Shown here: positions 1 to 11,106 of the stretch, piece after piece
Position numbering within the stretch: the first letter of the stretch is position 1
Layout: every line of letters starts with the position of its first letter
Assembly (NCBI GenBank): GCA_020137815.1
Contig: CM035361.1
Coordinates: 744,001-808,000, forward strand
Reading direction: 5' to 3'
DNA: 64,000 nucleotides
From: Hormiphora californensis
Lineage: Eukaryota; Animalia; Ctenophora
Notes under the pieces: model-generated
Told to the model about the DNA's origin: nothing
Database searches by the model: none
What the model saw: the letters and a program-made list of their open reading frames with translations, nothing else
Position numbers and translations under genes: made by a program

Positions 1-385
1 GATTCTCTACCACTTAGACCAATTCGTAATACTGAACACGATCAACGATTCAGTGAAGATCACATGACCTGACTAACTTTAAGAAACATGACACTGTGTC
101 TCTTGTGGTTGTCCAATTTAGCTGATCTTGGTCACATTGGAAAGCTAATCGATAGCCAAACATAATTGGTTAAATTTTGAACCGGAAAATATTTTTTCCT
201 GGAATGAATGACAATGTTCATTCCGTTCATGAAAATGAATTTTGAGCTAGAGCTCTGATTTTTCTGTCAGGATCAAGATAGACATAGTGGAGCAACCCTG
301 CCAAGTTACAGCCCTCCACCACATCGGCAACTATGGTGGTCTAGGGGGGGGGGGGGGCTTTTTTTTGCCGCACACGGTATAATAC

Positions 386-3300
386 CTTGTCGTTTAACCG
401 AAGTTTAGAATCATAACTTGGTGCAGTAGTAACATATCGATCTTCATTTGTATTCTCTGCCCTTTTATGTACACTCTTCCCTGAGAAGGGCCGGAGGGGT
501 TATTGCGGGGTTAATACAGATATTTACATACGGAGAAGAGGCGAATCTTAATAATTTGATTTAGTTAATTGACTCAAAATGTTACACAACTCAATTGAGT
601 TATTATTAATTCCAAATTGAGCTCAATTGAGTTATTATTTAGTTCCAAATTGAGCTCAATTGAGTTATTATTTAATTCCAAACCTTTAGTTGTATGGTGG
701 TAACTCCGGTAGAGACCCAGTGCTAACATTGAATAGTTATGGAGAAGAAACACAAAAAGCTCTCCGTATACCCTGATAGGAAAGGAGATCTGAATATCAA
801 ACTGGGTTTGAAAAGAGATAATAGAGATACTGCGATCAATAAACTAATTGCCATGGAAATGAAGTTCACCCCACGAAGCTGTTATGAGTGTTACCTGAAT
901 CTTGAAAACCGTTCATCTCGAAGTGATATTTGCGCAATTCGACAGCTCATCCTGGTCCGTAACCACGGCTGACAGTAAACAACGTTGGTGTCTTGATCTA
1001 GAAGGGGGATATCTATCAATGGGGGGGTTAGTTTTGTTCAGTTTTTGTGTACTCAACAAAATACAGGGGGTCTTTAATAATCTGTAGAGATGATATCTCC
1101 TTCCGGCTTCGATCAAGGTTATCAAAAACACGGATATTTTATTGTTCAGAACAGGGGGTTTTAGTTTCTATGAAGTGGAGGGGGAACGAATGAACAATCA
1201 GGGACTAATTCAATTCTGTGGTATGAAAGCACGTCAGTCATGAAATATTTTGTCAAGGTCATCATGAGTAGTAAGACTGTTGTAAATGTTGTTGTTGTTG
1301 GTTTGAACCAGTGCAGGAACCGACCGAATCAGGAAATACTGGTCCCTGATTGGCTGATAACCAGTCACGTGACCTAAATAACGAGTTCTGATTGGTTGTT
1401 TACTTTTGTCGTTGTCGTTAGTTTGGACAGGTGGTTGCAGCGGTCTGCTATCTCACTACCAGGAACCGACCGACACAAGTAAACAGCCAATCAGAACTCG
1501 TCATTTAGGTCACGTGACTGGTTATCAGCCAATCAGGGACCAGTATTTCCTGATTCGGTCTGTTATCTCACTACATTCGTTTTCTGATTTTCTGAGTAAA
1601 GGAGCTAACTTAGTAATTAATGGATGAGCCGCCGGTGCAAGAGTAACCACAAAATTCAGAGACTCATGATTTGGAATCTAAGTATTCTAAGCTTTTAGTT
1701 ATAGTTATAGAGAAAAGGAGGTAGTAATCGGCAGCTGTAGTAAACATTTAGATCAGGGACTGATGACTGATGACAGAGCTCAAGGTCCTGAAGACAAGAT
1801 AAGAAAAGCGAGAGAACCTTTGAGGTTAATGGACTACAGCTGTGTTTATAGCTCGTGCTAGAGGGACAAATGACACAAACTCAAGGTACAAACTCAAGGT
1901 ATAAATAAAGTGGTTGTTCGATTTGAATTATTTGGATCGCAATACACAAAATGAGAATGTGTTTATTCTTTTGTGCTTGTGTTTTTCTTCTTTCTTGGGC
2001 ACCAGTTTCCGCAGGGCCCGCCACAGGTAAATTTCAAATTCAAGGCAGTCTATTAATTTTATTGTCAACTTCATTTTCAAAAACATTACGCAGTGGTTTG
2101 TTTCAGATTGGACTGATGTTCCTACTCTTAAAGGTGAACTTATTCCGTTTTCTCTACAAAGATATATGCTGAAAATCAAGACACCAGAAACCATGATTAG
2201 TGATATAGGAATAATCAAAGTAACACTGTTTTACGATAACGAAGCAGAGACTGGTAAGTTTTGCTAACCATTCGCTAGTTTAATTTGTGACTTAGTATAT
2301 TAGGTTCACCAATTTAAATTCCGACTTTTCGCAATACTAATCCGTCATTTCTAGCGACGTTGTCTATAAGAATATGGACCGGTCACGTTAAAGCTGAATA
2401 CAATCTTGACGCATGTACAACTAACTGGACTGGTTTTTTTGGAGGAGCCTGACTTTTCACTTATACGAGTCCAAACTTGGTCTATAATAAAGACACAGGG
2501 AGCCCTTGTGATCAACTGGAACCACACGACACAGCTGCTTAAGCTCAAATATTCTGAAGGACAGAAGAAAGATTCCTGTGAAGCGTTCGGGAAAAATGAA
2601 GTGACATCCATAATGTTTAATGAGGAAGATAATGCATCAGACAAATACAAAGCTTATCCGCGAACAAATAACGGTAATATATCCACAGGACTTCCATCTT
2701 TCAAAATTATTTTTCTGCACTCCCGTGCCGTTGAACGGTCAGTGGTAAATAACCCATCGTACGGGCTTGATAATGTGTGCGTGTGTGTAAAGTCCCTATG
2801 TTGAAATTTGGATTATCGTCGTTTTAACTCAGATATGAAAATTTAACAGGAAATTACAGAATTTGTTGATCTATATCCAGCTATGGTGTTTTGAACACTA
2901 AACTGGATCTAGTTTAGTGTTCAAAACACCATAGCACTGGCAAGTGCCCCGGGGCCCTTTACCATCTAAAACCTCTCTCTATATCTAACACGGTGCCCCT
3001 GAAGGACGTTCAACCTCGACCGAGTCCCCCAGCAAAACGAACGGTTGTGTGACCTAAAGGGGACCTCTGGGAACTACGCAGGACCGTGGGGGAAAAGATA
3101 CAAAAGTAGCCTAAAAAATTAAAGCGATAGAAAGATAGCTATCGTTTTTTTCACTTTGAAAATACGACATTTCTTTAAAAAAATCCTTGATCAGGAAGAT
3201 ACAAGTGTCTCCCACCTATTTTTTGACGTAGAATCGAATGCCGTTGAAGTCAAGTCTCTAAAATGTTGGAAAAATGGTGAAAATCGCGTTTTTAGGTGTT

Positions 3301-6300
3301 TTTTGGTGAAAAACGTTCAAACTGGTACTAGATGATGAGATAGAGTCCCAAAAGTATGACAAATCGCTTTTTTGGGACATATTCGCCCTAGAAGCGATTT
3401 TTTATGAAAATCTGGTACAGCGCCTATCCTCTGTATACTTTCAAAGAAGGTGAATATTGCTCTAATTTAGCCAATTTTGAAGAAAAGTCATCCAAAATAG
3501 TACTAGATGATGAGATAGTGGCCCAAAAATATAACTAATCGATTTTTTGGGTCTTTTTCGTCCTAGAAACAAATTTGAATGGCGGTCGGATGATAAGTTT
3601 CCTCTCGGTAGGCCTCTGAAGTAGGTGGAAATAGCCAAAATATAGCGATTGCGGCAAATGAATGTGAATAAACGTTTACCAAACCCACTTTAGCATCATG
3701 TATGACCTATCTCTGGGCTACTGGACTATGCAAGAGCCATATATGATGCTGAAGTGGGTTTGGTAAACGTTTATTCACATTCATTTGCCGCAATCGCTAT
3801 ATATTTTGGCTATTTCCACCTACTTCAGAGGCCTACCGAGAGGAAACATATCATCCGACCGCCATTCAAATTTGTTTCTAGGACGAAAAAGACCCAAAAA
3901 ATCGATTAGTTATATTTTTGGGCCACTATCTCATCATCTAGTACTGTTTTGGATGACTTTTCTTCAAAATTGGCTAAATTAGAGCAATATTCACCTTCTT
4001 TGAAAGTATTCAGAGGATAGGCGCTGTACCAGATTTTCATAAAAAATCGCTTCTAGGGCGAATATGTCCCAAAAAAGCGATTTGTCATACTTTTGGGACT
4101 CTATCTCATCATCTAGTACCAGTTTGAACGCTTTTTTCACCAAAAAACACCTAAAAACGCGATTTTCACCATTTTTCCAACATTTAAGAGACTTGACTTC
4201 AACGGCATTCGATTCTACGTCAAAAAATAGGTGGGAGACACTTGTATCTTCCTGATCAAGGATTTTTTTAAAGAAATGTCGTATTTTCAAAGTGAAAAAA
4301 ACGATAGCTATCTTTCTATCGCTTTAATTTTTTAGGCTACTTTTATATCTTTTCCCCCACGGTCCTGCGTAGTTCCCAGAGGTCCCCTTTAGGTCACACA
4401 ACCGTTCGTTTTGCTGGGGGACTCGGTCGAGGTTGAACGTCCTTCAGGGGCACCGTGCTAAAGCAAGCAATGTCAATCAACAACTGGAATGTTCAAGACC
4501 TTTCTTTCTCTGGATTTATTGGTAGATTGCAGGAACCGACCGGACCAAGTAAACAACCAATCAGAGCTCGTTATTTAGGTCACGTGACTGGTTATCAGCC
4601 AATCAGTAACCAGTATTTCCTGATTCGGTCGGTTTCTGGTAGATTGAAGTACGCTGGTGTAGTTAGTACGGTGGAAGTTTACCGAGAGAGATAGATCCCG
4701 ATTCTCAGAAAACAAGCTCGGACAGATGACGAAACCAAAATCCTTTTCTTGACGAGCAACCTTTGGATTTTTGATACAATATCAAGGACTGCTACTGATC
4801 ACTACTCATAAACTGATGTTGTGTAGAATGAAAACAAACTGAGACTATTTTATATCTGTTTACCACTTTTGTTTTCAGCGAATAATAGTAACAAAGTTTT
4901 TTGCCTTATTTTATACTCAAAACCAACTGTCATCTGTTATGGGTCATCTGTCATGTCATTCCTGGTAATTTCACGGTGACTATATCAACTTGCTTGTATA
5001 TACTGAAGTGTGTGAAGACTGAAGTATCAAGTAGGTGAAACCCCAAGATGGCAAGATGTTACCAGTTACAGTGTTTGGCGTATTGGAGAATTTGTAATGG
5101 TTTACATGTCTGCAGGCACTGATAGGAGTCACAAGTGTGTACATGTATTATACCTGGGAGGCAGTTCTCAGCGGGTGCTTCATTCCGGTGATTCCCAATC
5201 CCCGTAATTAACGTCCTGATGATCCTCATTAACTTCTCATTGTAAAACGTCTGCGGGGGGAGGGGGTGGGTTAAAATATACAGCTATATAGGTTCGTGGG
5301 GTCATGGGCGGAAACAACTTGGAAGGAGAGATAAGAGAGAGATAAGAGAGAGAGAGAGAGAGTAATGTATAGCAGGTGCTGGTTGTGCTTGTAGATGAGG
5401 ACATGTATAGACATGAAGCTGGCAGGATAACTACAAATATTAGTAGAAGTAAGAGCAGGGAGATCCTGCATCTTCCTAATCTAGCTGAGAATCGGAGAGA
5501 GAGAGTTTTAGCTGCATGTATAGCACATTGAATCCTATACTTAAGCTTAGCCGAGAGTAGCCCATGTATTTGCTGTCTGACGGCGCCGATCTTCCGTTTG
5601 ACATGGTGCACTCAGACCGGGTCGGACCGGGATCGGTGCCGACAGACAGTGTATTATTATTAGTATAGCTGCAAATATATGTATAGCAGATATTATATGT
5701 ACAGCTGTCATTGTATAGCTCTGTCCCTACTTCTCTATCCCCACTGATACAAAGAGAGAGCAACGAATCCAACACGGACACAATGAATGCCTGGCCCCTT
5801 GAAAAGGGAAGGCTCATCTGCAGAGGTGGGGAGCCCTGGGTATAACCCTCCTTGGTTTGGGATACCATGAACTGGACGTTACTATCAGACACTGAAAAGA
5901 CACACAAAATGACCAAATATGGAGTTATAGCCCCCTATTTAGGACCATATATGGAGAGGTGGGGAGCCCTGGGTGTAACCCTCTGACTTGGTTTGGGATA
6001 CCATGAACTGGACGTTACTATCAGACACTGAAAATTAGACACACAGAGTGGACAATGGGAGGAAAACCTAAAATGACCATATATGGAGCCCTGGGTATAG
6101 CCTCCTAACTTCTCGTTGAGTAGTACTGCATGTATGACATATGGCTATGAAAGTTACAAATGAGCACTTTAAAAACATGCAGTTCCTACCAACTTCCTAG
6201 ACCAGTCTTTTATTTTACTAGGAACACCGATAACGAATAAGGGAACCGTAATTACTCATTAAGATAAATAGTTAGATTATGCCGTGGATCGACAGGGAGA

Positions 6301-9300
6301 ATGAAAGATGAAGATCTGCTATATAATTGGGCCAATGATGGTTGAATGCTTTAAACTCCGGGTAGAATTCTGCTTTCACTTTCACACACACAGAGATATT
6401 CACACACAGGGGAAAAAAGTCGTGCCTGAACCTCATGTTTAGGCCATGGCTATTTTCCACAGAGACCAGAGGTATATCAGATCTCAGTGAAAATAGCCGT
6501 GGCCTGAACCTGAGGTTCAGTTTCCCCCCACACACACATTAAAAACTTGTTTATCATGCAAAGAGTAGCCAAAAACAGTTGAAAATATTAGTTTTCTCAG
6601 AAACACACACACACACGCTACACAAGAGAAAGATGTTTATTGTTGTACTCGTACCAGATCTTCTCGTGACTCAGAGAGATATATTCACACTCTCGTGTGA
6701 TCAGATCGGTCCGGTACAAGCTAGACAACAAGAGAATGGAAAAGGGGAAAAGATTCGCGAAAACTGTTTTTTTCCCAGAGAGTAAAAGAGAGATTACACA
6801 CAAACTTTTATAGAAGGCTGTCTGGCGCCGCCAGTGCCCTCGGGTTAACGCCGCCAGACAGCCAGAGAAGACATGATGTATATCACACGCACACACACAC
6901 GATGCAATGATTCTCACCAATGACAATATAGCATCTAGGACGGACACAATGAAGGCCTGTCCCCGGGTAAAGGGAAGCGCCATGTATAGCGCCCCCATGC
7001 CGTTCCCCTTAGATTTCTCCATGAATTGAACGTTAGAGTCGTTTACTGGTGGGGGTGTTACGAGCTGTTTTATAGTGAGACTGTATTAGCATTAGGAGTT
7101 TATACAGTCGGACCCCGATATACTGGGCAACCCGATTTACCGGGAGGACAAACCCTTTCCCGGTGAATCGGGGACTGACTCAAGTGGTATCATGGTGAAC
7201 TGAATGGAATCATATTGATATCACCACCTAATTCAGCTCCGAACTCCACTAATTAGGGCTTAATTAATATAATTATTAATAATTAATTAATAATTAGGGT
7301 TTGATTAATAAATCAGCTCGAGATCTGAGAATTAAGAACACACATTTCAGCGCAATTACTTACCGATTTCTGAGATTATAGGAATCTGTGTCCTATTCCT
7401 AATCGGTTTCTCTGATAACCTATATTTGGCTGTGTTGGACGTATCAGTGATATCCGAACCACGGCAGCCCTTTATCTGAAAACATTTAATTCTTGTTAAA
7501 TTTGTTAAATTATAAATACAATATTCGGTTTGCCAGACTTATAACAGGGGATTTGGAAGGTAAATGAATTTTTACATTTTTTACAATATATGGTGTGTAT
7601 CGTGGTTTGACTGCCCATTCGGACCCCTATTTATCGGGCAGAACCTTTTCCCCCGAGTATCCTGGTAAATCAGGTTCCGACACTACTGCATCTTCTAGAC
7701 AACTGTTTGGTACTTTCAGTACAGCTGCTATTGATCGGAAGCGTCTCGTGATAAGACACTCTAAAAAGATTAATATGAATTATTTCATTTCTACTGTGTT
7801 TTTTGTCTTCATTTCACCTATTGAATTTACGCTACACATACTATCCTTGTGTTTTAATAAGACATAGTGGAGCAAACTTGATCTTTATTTAATTTTGTGT
7901 TTTCCCCCAATACTCAGAACACTCACAGCACGGCGACACACGACACACTGACACGCATCGCATCATGAACACCAAGCAAAGCAAAGCAGGCCAGCTAGGA
8001 TAAATCCATTGCAGGGGTGCTGATATCCCTTTCAATCGCGTCAGCCACGGTCCTTCCGGTACATATTTCTCTGCAGCGTAGTCAGGCGCTACCCCACAAC
8101 ATACGCCCTCGTGTTGCTCTCGGGTCTCTCAAGAGAGCCCCTACCAATCATAGCTTGGTCGGCTAGACGACATGTGCTAGACCAGGATCGAACCCGGGAC
8201 CTAGTGCGTGAGAGGCGAGTGTACTAGCCACTACACCACCCTGCCGTCAATGAACACCAGTCAATGAACACCAGTACAGCTCTAGTATTGAGTTGATTGA
8301 GCAGGATAACCGCTGGTGAGGGGTGTATCAGGAATGGTAGAGAGGAAACTACATCATGTTCTTATTAAAACACAAGGATGGTTTGTGTCAGGTAAATTAA
8401 ATGTGTTGGCAGATATTTTGAATCTAAACTCTCGTTCGAAAAGTTGAACTAATCTTTTTAGAGAGTGTTTTTACAAGACTCTCTCGTTATAAAACCTAAA
8501 ATCAGAAGCTCTTGCAATGGCTCTGTTATACAGGTCGGACTCCGATTTACCGGCCCTAGGAACCCCGATTTACCAGGCAAGACCATTTACTCCGAGCATT
8601 CCAGTAAATCGGGGTTCGACATAGTAGCATGTGATCACACGACCTTTCTTATTAAAACACAAGGATGGTTTATGTAAGGTAAATATAATACGTGATGGCC
8701 GTTACCCAAACTTTTGATGACTTTTTCGATGTTTTGAAAATTTGAAAAAAATCTTTTTAGAGTGTCTTATATCACAAGACTCTCCCAATGTAAAACCAAA
8801 TTTAAATTGTCCTGCAGTAGTGGCCTATAATATTATATGTGTCGAACAGCTGGGAAGCAGAGCTGTCCCAACAAGGGCGCCACCCAACTACCATGATATT
8901 GATCCTGCTAATCTCATCCTTGATTCTTTTAATTAATAAGTAATTAATTAATTACCTGTAAAAATGAGAGGATAGTTTCCTTATCAACTAAATTAGGATC
9001 GGTTGCCTTGCTCTGGAGGGCCGAGGAGAGAATGAGGCACATGAGGCAGTTCTGAACACCCGCAGATATCACATCTTCTCGCCGAATGGGTGAGCCCTGG
9101 GAGGGGGAGGGGGTTAGGTGAATGGGGTAACAACAATTGGGGGGAGGGGGAGGTGGATGGGGCTATTATTATGGGTAAAGGCAGCATTGGACATTAGCAT
9201 TCTCTTTGGAGAATTTGTGTAGTTAAACTCAAAAACCCTTAATTAATTACATGCAATTAATTTCGAAATCATTAATTAGTTGTCATTACCTCCATGAAAT

Positions 9301-11011
9301 AGACATCCTGAAACTCATCAATATCACTCCATTCCTTTTCAATGTACTCTTTCCTACCCAGCAGCAGCACCTTTTTCACCTGAGAAGAGCAATATACAAT
9401 AGAGTTTCGATAGTTAAAGGGATACTGACATATTCAAATCGACCATCTCAAATTTTAGTAAAACATTGCTCAATCAAATCATCTGAGAGAATAAATACAT
9501 TGTATCGAAGTCCGAGCTCTCTACTCCCTCTACTTCTCAAGATATAGGGACCCGAATATTAGCACCTCCTAATTGGTTATGGTAAGAGGAGGAGACCAGT
9601 ATTACAGATTACAGGTAAACACGAGCCTGTTTATATGTCATTATCTCAGCTAATACACATGCGATTTTGACCGGGTTTTTTCTAAAAACTTTAAGACCAC
9701 TTCTAGTTTCTGTTTTTTATTTCCATTTGTCTCTAGTCTTGTCATGAATAGATAGAACTATGACTAAGCAAGACCGTGATTTATTTGAAATGTATGCCTT
9801 CTTAGAACAATATTATCATGGTATTCAGTAACTAATGTCAATCAGACTTGGCTGTACTTCCTCAATTTTACATACAAATTGTTAATATTTAGCCCATAGT
9901 CAATAACATAGTCAATAGTTATTAACTATTCAGCCCTGAAATGAATATTGTATCCTAGGAGAGGATAAACTGAAAAATTTAGCCAACTAATTGGTATAAA
10001 AGGCAAAACCACTATACCCGACTAATTCTGATACGTTGAATCACGTGAGCAACTTTGGCAAGCGCTCAGGGGTGGAGAAAGTGCCCTAATTGAGCATAAT
10101 CGGGTCTAATTGATCGTAACTATAACTTATCGCATGAAAACATTATCAATTCATGTGAGAGCACTATCCCCACTAATTTTGATACGCTGAATCACGTAAG
10201 CGGCTTTTCCAAGCCGTCAGAGGTGAAGAAAGTGTCCTAATTGAGCACAATTCAGTCTAATTGGCGATACTTGCATTTTCAACTGGAAGATCGCATGTGA
10301 GGGCACTTTACACACTAATTTTGATACGCTGAATCACATGAACAACTTTTCCAAGTCCTTAGACGTCGGCAAAGTGCCCTAATTGACCATAATTGGGTTT
10401 AATTGATAATGCACTCCAGTTCACACTCCAGTTCACCTCAAACTGCAATGTTTACTTGTTTATTTACTGATATTTTTGGTCATTCTGATACATCATAAGA
10501 AAATACTAAAAATTTAAAACATTTCTAACTTCCAGAAAAAAATCCGGTCAAAATCGTGCATGTGAAAGTTGAGATATTGACAGATAAACAGACTCGTGTT
10601 TACATGTAATTTGCAATACAACTCTCCCCCTTTACCATAACCAATTACGAAGTGCTAAAAGGTGGGGCCCTATATCTTGAGAACGAGAGGGAGTAGAGAG
10701 TTCGCACTTCGACTAATCCTATTTTTATCTCCCAACCAGTTACCACACCCAGGATCGTTGAAAAAGTCAAAAATTTTTGAATATGTCAGTATCCCTTTAA
10801 CCATGTAGTGGGGAGTTGTTATGTTCAGTATGACCAGTATTTCCTGATTCGGTCAGTTCCTATTTGTGGGACGGAGAATGTCGGTCTGTCGGAGAAGATG
10901 GAGAAGAGAAATTGATCAAGATGGAAATCAGAAAGTGACTTTATAATGATGTACTGTCGTAATTTGTTCCAGAGCATATTACGGCATGTAAATGATATGC
11001 TGACCACAGAT

Positions 11012-11106
<95 letters not shown>

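Noticed and set aside
913-1131. ORF containing LYRL...TNPP, resembling the BK C-terminus
   Set aside because: Coincidental; the true exons are 895-997 (different frame), 684-772 and 386-480.
3785-4290. ORFs within the fold-back element (also 59437-59619)
   Set aside because: Non-coding MITE arms; no transposase motifs.
8165-8245. Possible tRNA gene
   Set aside because: Acceptor and anticodon stems pair poorly; a body, simple-repeat tail and TSD indicate a SINE.
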